Origin: Eledone cirrhosa
Lineage: Eukaryota
NCBI GenBank assembly: GCA_964016885.1
Contig: OZ024757.1
Span: forward strand, 24,552,001 to 24,616,000
Length of the DNA stretch: 64,000 nt
Reading direction: 5' to 3'
Shown here in pieces: positions 1-10,931 of the stretch; position 1 is the stretch's first letter, and the number at the start of each line of letters is the position of its first letter. The notes beneath the pieces are model-generated. The model was not told the DNA's origin, ran no database searches, and was given only the letters and a program-made list of their open reading frames with translations. A program made the position numbers and the translations under genes.

Positions 1-165
1 TGAAGGTAAAATTTTTTTTTATAAATGTACATGATTATTATTTTTTATATTAATATTAATGAAAGCATCTGAAACTATAACGATCTCCAGGAGACAGCCA
101 ATGAGTGGGAATTGTCCTTGTGATTGCCTCTTCCCCGTTTTCTGTTTCCTATATTTCTCCCAGGT

Positions 166-208
<43 letters not shown>

Positions 209-244
209 AAAGATGAAATAAAAGATGGTTATAAGAGTTCCATA

Positions 245-314
245 TATTTTATTATACGTATTTCGAATACAAAATGCTCCTGGGACAAAAATTGTGTTCT
301 CTTCAGATAAAATA
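245..314 (-). ncRNA. Type I minimal hammerhead ribozyme motif (mirror copy in the palindrome)
   Basis: Reverse complement of 421-490 with a single difference in loop II. Confidence 0.72.
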
Positions 315-420
315 AGGCACAATGATATGAGGCATAATAGCACTTGTTTATAGGAAAGTGCTAAGTCTACTTAGCACTTTCCTATAAACAAGTGCTATTA
401 TGCCTCATATCATTGTGCCT

Positions 421-490
421 TATTTTATCTGAAGAGAACACAATTTTTGTCCCAGGAGGATTTTGTATTCGAAATACGTATAATAAAATA
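421..490 (+). ncRNA. Type I minimal hammerhead ribozyme motif
   Basis: Stem I TATTTTAT (421-428) pairs with ATAAAATA (483-490). Core CTGAAGA at 429-435, stem II GAACACAA/TTGTATTC, GAAA at 471-474, palindromic stem III ATACGTAT. Predicted cleavage at AUA^ after 482. Confidence 0.75.
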
Positions 491-847
491 TATGGAACTC
501 TTATAACCATCTTTTATTTCATCTTTATTGTATATACTCCAGTTCTACCAACTGTCAAATGTTACTTATCTGATATATGCATAGTTTTATTGTTCTACAA
601 TATTACTCACCTTCTATATTATATATATATATATATAATGAGGGCCGGCTAAAACATTCATAGGCTGATTACAAAGGAGTGATGTTCATGCTGTGAAATC
701 TTGCATGCATTAATATTAATTTCAACTCTTCTTATTAATAACAGCAGTGTTTCTTTCCAGGGACTATGTTGAAAAATAAACCTCATTTGCTCATTCCATG
801 AGAGTATCTTGATCAGCCTATGAACATTTCATTCATATATATATATA

Positions 848-2116
848 CAGGGTGGGGCATAAGTTCGGAAGCAAATTTTTGAAATTTGACTTGTAAAAGT
901 GTTGCAAGTATATCATTAATCTTCTTTTATTTTCAATGTTAAAACATTAGTCTATGTAAACATATTGGACTTTGTTTGAATTTCTTAAAGAAATTGAATA
1001 TATCACCCAATAGAGAAATGATACTCAAACTTCAGTGCACAGGAAGATCAGATTCGGATATTGCAAAGTTACTTTCGGTGGCTAGATCTACTGTTTGGAA
1101 AGCTGTGAAGCATTTTAAAGAGCAAGTTTTGTTGGATAGATCCAGAAGTAGAAAACCTCAAACTAAACAGACTCCAACCATCATCAAAGTCTTTCGAGAA
1201 AGGATAAGAAGCAATCTGAAAAGTTCCATGAGAAAAATGGCAAAAGAGGTCCAAGTAAGGCCTAGGACAATGTGAAGGATCATCAATGATGATTTGGGAG
1301 TGTCTTCCTTCACTCTTCAGAACAGACAAACCTTTTTTTGTAAAGACAAAACAAAAAAAGGCTAGAGAGAAGCAATAATTTGCTTAAAGAAATGAAACGT
1401 GACATGAAAGAGGAAATTGTCTGGTCAGATGAAAAGATTTTCATTGTTGAGCAGACACACAACTGAAGAGAATGACAAGTCATTGGGAAAAACCCATCAA
1501 CAATCAGTGTTGACCAAATATCTGTATTCCATACAATGAAACCAGCTTCTGTTATGGTCTGGGTGGCTGTTTCATTGTCTTGGAAGTCTCCTCTCATTTT
1601 TGTGGAAGAAAGGACAAAAATCAGCTCCCAATCTTACATAGTTGCTTCTGCAACTAATCATTTTGGCAATGATTATCTGTGAACCTCCCAACAGGATGGA
1701 GTTACCTCCCATACAGCAAATGTCACACAAGCTTGGTGCAAAGACCATCTTTCGAGGTTCTAATCAAAAGAAATATGGCCTCCTTGTTCGCCTGATTTGA
1801 ACCCTAAGGACTTTTCAGTATGGTTTATCCTAGAAGATAAAGCCTGTTTAAAAGTCCACAAGACAGTCGATGATTTAAAGGCATCTTTACTGAGCGCTTG
1901 GAGAGAAATTCCCCAACAAATGTTGCATGCTTCGGTGAAAAATGTTCAACTGAGGTTAGAGGCTGTTATTGCTGCACGAGGGTGTCATTTTGAATAAATA
2001 TACATTATATTCTAAAGATATCTATGTATAATTACATATATGTTGCTGGTCAATAAAGTTAATAGTTTTGTTATTAAAAGCATTTTTATTTGTTTCCAAA
2101 CTTATGTCCCACCCTG
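848..2116 (+). mobile_element. Full-length dead Tc1/mariner DNA transposon, DD37D (maT) family
   Basis: About 28-bp TIRs (cagggtggggcataagttcggaagcaaa / tttgtttccaaacttatgtcccaccctg) flanked by TA. Transposase remnants include an HTH, WSDEKIF, QQDG and WPPCSPDLNPKDF, with 37 positions between the 2nd and 3rd D. Stops and frameshifts are present. Confidence 0.9.
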
Positions 2117-2199
2117 TATATATAATGTTTGATGATTTAGTGTTAAAGAATAAAAACTAATGATAAAAATATATTTTTTTTAAATGAAGCCCCCAAAAG

Positions 2200-2867
2200 G
2201 AAGCCTGTGCAGTGTACACTACAGGTGAATGAAGTTCCACTGAAGCAGGTAGAGAAGTTCAAGTACCTCAGGGCCGTGTTCACGAGTGATGGAAGGCAGT
2301 AGACTGAATTAAGTGCAAGAATTGTAAAAGCTGGTGCAGTAATGTGCCAGCTTCAGCATTCAGAAGAAGCGAGGTAGGCATAAAAGCCAAACTAGCTGAC
2401 TTCAATTCGGTTTTCGTGCCAATCTTTACCTATGGTCATGAATCTTGGGTAATGACCAAAAGAATACGATCGTGAATACAAGTGGCAGAAATGGGGTTCC
2501 TCCGAAGGATCTTTGAAGTAACGTTACTCGATAAAGTGTGTAGCTCAGAGATCAGAAAGTCACTCCAGGTAGAGCCGCTACTTCTCCAAATTAAGAGATC
2601 ACAGCTCTGATACTATAGACATGTAGTTAGAAAGTCTCAGGAAGGAATCGCTGGACAGATTTTACAGGTGAAACCAACAGGTAGGAGACCCGGGGGTAGA
2701 CCCTAAGCAAAATAGCTGGATACATCCATGAGCTTGGCTGGTCTCATTTGGGGATCCAACTGGATCAGTTGGAAATGGCTGCTTCTGACAGGACCTGCTG
2801 GAAGGAGTGTTTGAGGACTCTGCCCCAATGACCCTCTCAGGAATAAGTGGGTGAAGAAAAGAAGAAA
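2200..2867 (+). mobile_element. RTE-clade LINE 3' fragment
   Basis: Degenerate coding remnants (QVEKFKYL, LTYGHESWVMT, GRRPGGRP) followed by a gaa-type tail. Confidence 0.7.
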
Positions 2868-3286
2868 AAGCCCCCAAGAGTGTGTGGCTCTAAGCTTGAT
2901 AGCTCAGTCCAACACTGCATAACAATATGCCATGTGTGTTTGTATATTTACATATATATATCTCCCTCTGCAACTCTTTAAAATGTACACAAACATACAT
3001 ACACAATATCACAGTCACATTGCTGCAATAAGTAGTTCCCTTTCGATTCACAATATCAATTTTTCCATGTTGGCATGGGTTGGACGAGACTTTTTGAGGC
3101 AATGTTTTGCAGCCAGATGCCCTTCTGGACACCAACCTCTTCAATGCTTCTTACAACTTGCATGGACACACACACACACACACATATATATATATGTATG
3201 TAAAAGGTAAATAGAAATAACAACACAATCGGTACAGTATATGGAAGGAATATATTAGGTTAATGCTTGAAATAGCAAGAAGAGGG

Positions 3287-3322
3287 TCTTAACGTTTCGG
3301 ACGTTAGTCCTTCATCAGAAGA
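3287..3322 (-). ncRNA. Penelope-type minimal hammerhead ribozyme motif
   Basis: Minus strand reads TCTT-CTGATGA-A-GGAC taac GTCC-GAAACGTT-AAGA: 4-bp stem I, 4-bp stem II and palindromic AACGTT in place of stem III. Confidence 0.55.
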
Positions 3323-4539
3323 AAGAATGAGAAATTAGAAAGAATGAAGTGACAGTCAGGGCAATTATATATATATATATATATAATACCATATATACTC
3401 GAATATAAGCCGCTGCCTCCTCCCTTGTTTTATGTCTGAGAAATGGTCAAAAATCTAAACCCCATTTATAAACTAAGGCAGCTAATCAACACATTGTTTA
3501 GATGGTGTATATAAGCTGACCCCATTATTTTACCATCAATGTTTTTGTCACATATTGCTCAACTTATATGGTAAATATATATATATATATATATGTATAT
3601 ATAAAAACACACAGTCCACGCTGTAATATGGCCGTGTAGGTAACACGGTAAAAACCTCCCAGTACACACTGTAAACGTGGTTGGTGTTGGGAAGGGCACC
3701 CAGCCGTAGAAAACCCGCCAGACGTGTAGGTGTCACGACAATAAAACACACAGTCCACGCTGTAATGTGGCCGTGTAGGTAACACGGTAAAAACCTCCCA
3801 GTCCACACTGTAAACGTGGTTGGTGTTAGGAAGGGCATCCAGCCGTAGAAAACCCGCCAGACAGTCCTGAGCAAGACAACCAATCTTGCCTCAAGTGGGA
3901 CAATTCCCGTCCAGACCCATGCTAGCGTGGAAAATGAACGTTAAACGATGATGATGATGATGATTGATGATGATATACAATACATAAACAGAGAAAGCCT
4001 TAAGCGATACTCCGACCAACTCCATCTCACTCAACAAACATTAGGATATACCTAAGTATTATCCCAATTTAGTGTTTGGGGTGCTAACTAATCAGTATTT
4101 CGTGGATAGCTGGTTGTATTATTTTATATGAGACATTATTAAATAAATATCTCTTTCCTTCCAGACGGCCATTTTGTTATAAGATTTCTACAATTTGGGA
4201 TAAATAATTTCCAGGTTATGTAGAAACTTGTATATAATCCAGTTTTATACAAAAGCAGGTTCTTATAAACTCATCAGTGGATGCCCAAATAATATCGATA
4301 TAAGAATTATATCGACATTAATAGAATGGTGATGGTCTCCCTCAGCGCTAAGAAGAGACTGGTAGATTAGAAAATCCAGCAGTCCTCCCAAAGATAAAAT
4401 ACACGCTGTCCCCAAAAGGGTAAAGGGAGGTCATCTTAAAATAAAACAATATACACGCTGGTCATTTAAACCTGTTAGGTATTAACCACGTGTATAAGAA
4501 CTCAACTGGATATTAAAAGAATAAATATATATATATATA

Positions 4540-4974
4540 GAAGTGGTTACACAACAGTTAGTTCACCATACCGAGAACAATTGTTTCACCTTAGCGGATC
4601 CTCAGCTCGTAATGGACATGGTTATATGGAACAGGAAGGACAACTGAACAAACGTGCATGCGCAGAAACGATCACTTCACACAGGCAATACTAAATTGCG
4701 TGCGAGAGGTGTAAGGGAGATAACTGCGAAAGTCCGAAAGTTTCTAGTTGATAAGAAAATTAGGATGTTGTTGTAATTCAATCCGGAGCTTTGTAGTTAT
4801 GTCAGGTGTTTCCAGATGTGTGGACAACGTGTGAAGAATTCATTTCTCGTGTTTAGGAAATCACTCGTGCATAATCTCTTTAGAATATTTATTCGTTCAT
4901 CAATACATAGTCCACACGACGGATTGCCCCTTGCGAATATATACCACTACGGGTATTACCTTCCAGTGTTCTAC

Positions 4975-4976
<2 letters not shown>
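4540..4976 (-). mobile_element. 5'-truncated Penelope-like element: GIY-YIG endonuclease C-terminus plus 3' region with hammerhead
   Basis: Minus strand translates ...SCGLCIDERINILKRLCTSDFLNTRNEFFTRCPHIWKHLT* (stop at 4797-4799). This fits the CxLC..E..I..LNxRxE..CxH terminus of PLE endonucleases. A hammerhead follows about 180 nt downstream. Confidence 0.75.
4566..4615 (-). ncRNA. Type I minimal hammerhead ribozyme motif in the PLE 3' region
   Basis: Minus strand reads ccattaCGAG-CTGAGGA-tCCgctaaGGt-GAAA-CAATTG-TT^-CTCGgtatgg, with palindromic stem III ACAATTGT. Stem II is weak. Confidence 0.6.
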
Positions 4977-5021
<45 letters not shown>

Positions 5022-5777
5022 TATAAGTGAAAGGCAAAGCGTAAACGAACTGTGAGAGAAATTAGGCATAAGAGGAATTAGATGCAGTGCGCAGGATAGG
5101 AGATTACATTGGTATGGACACGTGATGCGTATGAAGGATGACAGCTGTATAAAAACGTGCAGAGCGCTCAAAGTTGATGGAAGCCATGGAGTGAGCAGGC
5201 CTAGGAAGACTTGGGATGAGGTAATAAAAACTGACTTTACACAATTACACTTTGGTAAGACAATGACACAGGACCGTTATATCTGACGCTACACAGTATT
5301 ACTGAAGACCCTCCTTCCCCTCTGCATGAGCTGAGGCATACATGCAGTATGCAACACCTTCCATACCATCACACCTCCCTTGCTGTAATCATCCCACCCC
5401 TATACCTACCTCCCAATTCCCCAGCAGGCATTTTCCCCACCCAAGCCCCCAGCCCACATCATAAAGTGGCACCCCCTGGAGCCACAACAAAAAGCCCCCA
5501 GTTCACACTGTAAAGTGGTTCTGTTGGTGACATGACAAAAGATGCCCAGCCCATGCTGTAAAATGGTCATGTAGGTGTCACGACAAAAAGCACCCAGCAC
5601 ACACTGTAAATGTAGTTGGCATTAGGAAGAGAATCCAGCCATAGAAACCAAGCCAAAATCAGTTCTGTATGAGCAAAACAATCCGTCGATCTGGATCTCT
5701 CAGAACAGGACAGTCCGTCATACCCATGCTAGCATGGAAAATGGATGTTAGATGATGGTGATATATGTATATATATA

Positions 5778-6160
5778 TATCATCAACATCATTTTACGTC
5801 CGCTTTTCCCTGCTAGCAAAGGTGGGACGGGAACTGATTCTGGCTTGATTTCTACAGCTGGATGCCTTTCCTAACACCAACCTCATTTACAGTGAGTGCT
5901 GGGTGCTATTTTGCCGTGGTACCTCCACGACCACTTTGCAGTGTGGGCTGGGTGTTTTTTTTACCGTGGCACCTCCACGACCACTTTGCAGTGGAATGAT
6001 AGGGACCCCAGTCCAATCATCTCATTTCTACAGCTGAGTAAACTGGAGCAATGTGAAATAAAGTGTCTTGCTCAAGGAAACAACACATCACCCGGTCTGA
6101 GAATTGAACTCACAACCTTTCAATTGCAAGGCCTATAACCACTAAGCCATGTGCCTCCAT
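5778..6160 (-). mobile_element. tRNA-derived CORE-like SINE with RTE-LINE-type tail
   Basis: tRNA-like head (tggcttagtggtt...gagttcaattc), CORE-like ccttgagcaagacacttta...cagtttactcagctgtagaaatg and tail gggaaaagcggacgtaaaatgatg. Many near-identical copies in the window. Confidence 0.75.
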
Positions 6161-7016
6161 TTGCGGTTGATAAAAAAAATTATAGTCAAGTACTGGGGTT
6201 GGTTTTCTCTCTCACTCTCTACATATTCTTCTTTGGAAGAAATCTGCTGTAGTCATACCTGGAGTGGAATGGGCTCGGCCAGGTTTTTAAAAAATGCCCT
6301 AAAAACGCCACATGTCAATACAGCACCTCTACAACTTCTAACTAGTAGTTACAGGACAAAAAAGAAAAAGAACTGCACGTGGTTAGTCAGTTGACTTGCT
6401 AAAGTTAGCAACCAAATCTCCCTCAACAGTCTTAAAAAAAGGGTTAAATAACCAAGTCCAGAAATTGAACCCATAACATTATATTGTAAGTTCAACACGC
6501 TTACCACTAGGCCATGTGTCTTCACACAACACACAACCTAGTCCAGGAATTGAATCCACAACATTATGGTCTTAAGTCCAACACCCTTACCACTGGGCAG
6601 CATGCCTCAACACAGTTGACCCAGGGTTAAACAACAAGGAAGTACACCCTTAGATAATGTAGTCCCAGATACACAATTATAGATGTGCTGGAACAGCCAT
6701 CTAAAAGCTCATCAAGCCAATGCTTATCCTGGTTTCCATGACATTAAGTGGTTGAAAGTACAAGACTCCCTCCTGGAGAGGACACCAGTCTACTGCAGGG
6801 TTAAAACCCCAGCTATTGCTGGTACTCATTTTCAGCTAAGTATACTGGAACAACATCAAATGAAATGTTTTGCTCAAGAACACAACACACAACTCAATCC
6901 AAGAACTGAACTCACGATATTACAATTGTAAGTCCAACACACTTACCACTAAGCCACATGCCTCCACACAGTTAGCCCAGAGTTAAACAAGAACCACAGA
7001 AGATTGAACCCCTTAC

Positions 7017-7221
7017 CTTGGAATCTGAAAGTAACTTTAACAATCCCCAAGATCTCAACTTTATGTTCGTAGTCATAGCTACCATCCAGCTTCTTTCGCT
7101 TACGTCGTTTAAATCTGAACAACAAGTTATTGGTGTTGCTGCTGTCCCCATAAGAACTTTTACAATAGGGGTCGGTTGGTCTCCAGCGAAGTTCCAGTCT
7201 CTGGTTAGAATTGACATATCT
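7017..7221 (-). CDS. GTF3C5: General transcription factor 3C polypeptide 5 (TFIIIC63/tau95), coding exon 2; gene continues left of the window
   Basis: RYVNSNQRLELRWRPTDPYC...NLLFRFKRRK...EILGIVKVTFRFQG matches the Tau95 N-terminal domain (LELxFRPxDPYC...EILGI). AG acceptor at 7223-7222 and GTAAG donor at 7016. Phase 0 joins exon 1. Confidence 0.9.
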
Positions 7222-7534
7222 CTGCAAAATAATATATTGATCTTTCAATTAATATATCTCAACAAAATAATCTTGATTTTTCAATATTTATATATATACC
7301 TGTTTGTTTATATCAATGTTGTTGTATTGTGGCAACATTCTTTTCGTCATCTTATTCTTGGTGTCACACTTCATTAACTTTTTGTATTCACTCTGGGTGA
7401 AAATGTATGTTCATTCCTAACTGGCCAGCCCTCATATATAACTTTATATATATCATCATCACTGTTTAACAGCTATTTTTTGACAATAGCATGTGAGATA
7501 AGCCAAATAAGATGGCCAGGTCTTGCTCAAACAG

Positions 7535-7578
<44 letters not shown>

Positions 7579-7629
7579 TTTCTGAATTTGTTTAGCAAGA
7601 TTCTTTATCTGAAAACGTGTGTTGAAACC

Positions 7630-7864
7630 GATATTGTTATACTTTGGGAGGGTCATGTTGCCAATAAGAATCCCCAGTCACTGAAGAGGTCACAGAATGT
7701 GTGACGAAAGAACTTTGACAATATATGAACAATCTGGTTGTGGAACCAACCAACCAACCGGAAATTTATAAATTCCTAAATTTATAAATTTAATTTATAA
7801 TAAATTGAAGTGAAAGCAACTGGTGCGTGTGTTTCTTATTGGCAACATGACCCTCCCAAAGTAT

Positions 7865-7871
<7 letters not shown>
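7630..7871 (+). mobile_element. Penelope-like terminal fragment with an inverted duplication of its 3' end
   Basis: About 41-bp inverted arms (atattgttatactttgggagggtcatgttgccaataagaa and its reverse complement) enclose a hammerhead. Related sequence at about 49675-49780. Confidence 0.6.
7677..7719 (+). ncRNA. Type I minimal hammerhead ribozyme motif
   Basis: GTCA-CTGAAGA-G-GTCACA gaatg TGTGAC-GAAA-GAAC-TT^-TGAC: perfect 4-bp stem I and 6-bp stem II. Confidence 0.68.
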
Positions 7872-7908
<37 letters not shown>

Positions 7909-8508
7909 ATTAGAATACTGGAGCGTGTTTAAGTCAAACACCCTCTTCGTATTATAGAAATGACAGTAAAAGGTATAGCTCAATGCAGTCACATTGCTGA
8001 CAAATGTTTCTCTGAACTGGTAGGTCTAGAGACCGCTACCTGCCTGTTTTTGCGTCAATCGATCACGACTACAGGGGGAGATAAAGCTGACAAGGCCTTG
8101 TTTCTGCATTTATTGATGCTTATCAAAGCCAAGTACTCCCCTGTCTGCTGAAGTTACGGATGTTATTTTCTTACAGAATTCTAGTAAATAATCAGGAACT
8201 GATTATACAGAGCGGTTGCCGGTCTAAGCAGAAATTATATATATAATATAAAACGAAAAATCAGTGATGCATCTGAACTCAATTTATTGTGTGTTACAAA
8301 TGATCCAGAATCAGACAGATCCACACAATGATCGCGTCTCAAGCTGTCCGCCGGCGAAACAATTGTAACACACAATAAATTGAGTTCAGATGCATCACTG
8401 ATTTTTAATTTTATATTATATCATACTCTGCCCTGTAAGAGCATAGAGTGCCCAACCGGCATACCGCCTATGGAAGCATCTTAGCTACCATCAGACACAC
8501 ACACATAC

Positions 8509-8552
<44 letters not shown>

Positions 8553-9393
8553 CAAGGAAGTGTGGTAAGGAACCAGGTGGGCCATAACGCACCAGAGTAC
8601 TCGATACTTTGGGTAGTAGAGTGGGTGATAGGAAAAGAGTCAAGACCCCGGCGGCAGAGCTCAGGCAGTTTCGACGGCTATTTCTGGTTCAGAAATAGCC
8701 GTCAAAACGGCTTGAGCTCTGCCGTCGGGGTCCTCACTATTTTCATATATATATATATATACCACGAAAAACATGAGCGGGGGTGGTGAGAGCATACCTC
8801 AGATCGCTGAACCTCACGGAGGAGATGACAAAGTTTCTGAAGAATGGAGAGATGCCATGCTTAACCAGACCCATCCCACCCTTGCAAGCAGGGAAACGCG
8901 GATGTAAAATGATGATAATGATGATGATGATGATGATATATATATAAAAGAAAAAAGCTATAAGATAATCCAGAGATCCAAAAAGATATCCAAGTGGAAG
9001 TTCAACTAGAGTCCTGGTAAAAATCCATTTCCAGGGTGAAAATCCGATGTTGGCTAGCAAGGGCTGGACAGGATATATAACATATCTCTGGCTCAGGGTT
9101 GCTGAAGCATGGAACAAACTACCTGCATCAGTTGTTAGCTGTCAGGACACTGCATCCTTGTAAACTTCCATGCTTCCCGAAATTTGCCAACAGTACACTC
9201 GATATTCCTCCTCCATACACAAGCACGCATGTATGTATATGTGTGTATATCACAACTCATACACTGTTCATTTTCCTAACATTTGTACATTATTCCATGT
9301 ACTATATATGCACCTTTGATGAGTTGTAGTGCACCTGAGCACTGTACATAATAATGTAATTATTATTATTTAATTATTATTATAATACAATAA

Positions 9394-9582
9394 GGGCGGT
9401 GAATTGGCAGTATAGGTAGAGGGTCGGACGCCATGCTTTCCAACATAGTTACGTCCCTTTACGGTCTGAGTTCAAATCCTGTCGAGGTTAACTTTGCCTT
9501 TCATCCTTACGGGGTCGATAAAATAAAGTACCAGTAATGTACTGGGTAATTGCTGGCCTTGTGCCAAAAGTAGAAACAATTA
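9394..9582 (+). mobile_element. tRNA-derived SINE with Meta-like central domain
   Basis: A-box-like tggcagtataggtag, B-box gagttcaaatcc and central gcctttcatccttacggggtcgataaaataaagtaccag. More than 15 copies in the window. Confidence 0.75.
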
Positions 9583-9780
9583 TTATAATACAGTAGACCC
9601 ACGTTCCCATGGGCACAAGTTGAAGCATATATACAGTATGCACCACCCCCAAACCAGAAACAGTTTGGTGTGAGCAAGACACAATCAACTGACCCATCTT
9701 GCCTCAAATTGGACAACCGATCTAACCCATACTAGCGTAGAAGAATGGATGCTAAACGGTGATGATGATGACGATATATA

Positions 9781-10315
9781 TACTAGCTGAGGTACCCGGT
9801 AATACCCGGGAGCGGCGGTATTCCCAGTTCCCATTAAAATGCCCAATGCCTCTCAGACCAAAAATAAATGTTACAGCAAGCAGAGAATATTAAGTTGATT
9901 TATGGAGAACATTTTAAGCCCACAACAGCTGAAGCTAAATTTCGCTCATCAGTTAATCAAAAATCACCTTACGCTTTGCTCGAGTGGTCTGGAGAATTCT
10001 CCTTAACAAAAAGCCATCCTTAGCACATAATCTATCTGTGTTTCAAGTTTGAAGTAAATCTGTTGAGAGCTTTAAAAGTTATGGCAGAATATAACATTCA
10101 TATGAGCATTTGCATACAAATTTCCTATTCATTTAAAAAAAAAAATCGATGCAGACTGGAAATTATTGATTTTTTTAACTTCAAAGTACATAAGAAATCA
10201 AATGGGCATGAACCCCACACACGTGTCAAGTTTCATCAAGATCTGTTTGGTAGTTTTTGAGTTTTAGGTTCACAAACAAATCCACACACAAACAGACAGA
10301 AATTGCCATTTATGT
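9781..10315 (+). mobile_element. Non-autonomous Helentron/HINE (DINE-1-like) element
   Basis: 5' tactagctgaggtacccgg...cccggg hairpin, internal aagtttcatcaagatctg and an acacacaaacagacaga microsatellite near the 3' end. The same 5' end occurs at 19263 and 51037. Confidence 0.55.
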
Positions 10316-10316
10316 A

Positions 10317-10663
10317 TCATCATCATCATCATCATTTCATTTTACGTCTGCTTTTCCCTGCTTGCAAGGGTGGGACGGGAACTGATTCTGGCTTGATTTC
10401 TACAGCTGGATGCCCTTCCTAACACCAACCTCATTTACAGTGAGTGCTGGGTGCTTTTGTGCTGTGGCGCCTACACGTCCACTTTGCAGTGGAATGATAG
10501 GGACCCCAGTCCCTATCATCTCATTTCTACAGCTGAGTAAACTGGAGCAATGTGAAATAAAGTGTCTTCCTCAAGGAAACAACACATCACCCGGTCTGAG
10601 AATTGAACTCACAACCTTTCGATTGCAAGGCCAATGCTCTAACCACTAAGCCATGTGCCTCCA
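10317..10663 (-). mobile_element. CORE-like tRNA SINE, full length
   Basis: Nearly identical to the copies at 27969-28301, 36987-37331 and 53570-53909. (GAT)n tail. Confidence 0.75.
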
Positions 10664-10742
10664 TAGATATATATGTATAAATACAGAGCCTGCACCATCG
10701 TATATAAATATATACACATATCTAATATGTAGGCATTAATCA

Positions 10743-10931
10743 TGGTGAATTGGCAGTATCGGTAGAGGGTTGGACGCCATGCTTTGATGCATAGAGTTAC
10801 GGCCCTTGCCATTCTGAGTTCAAATCCCGCTTAGGTTAACTTTGCCTTTCATCCTTACGGGGTCGATAAAATAAAGTACCAGTAATGCACTGGGATAATT
10901 GCTGGCCTTGTGCCAAAAGTAGAAACAATTA
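10743..10931 (+). mobile_element. Meta-like tRNA SINE
   Basis: Same family as 9394-9582. Confidence 0.72.

Larger units (their letters stand above)
199..536. repeat. Near-perfect palindrome (168-bp arms, 2-nt loop), probably a fold-back of a Penelope-like element terminus
   Basis: Position i pairs with 735-i from 199 to 536. The loop is 367-368 and I see one mismatch (276/459). Confidence 0.9.

Noticed and set aside
1-7016. Expected GTF3C5 exon 3 (G-MxDFQ)
   Set aside because: I found no matching exon by eye. It is presumed to lie left of the window, though a small exon could have been missed.
10590-10663. tRNA-like sequence with A and B boxes
   Set aside because: Head of a multi-copy SINE, contiguous with the SINE body and not a convincing stand-alone cloverleaf.
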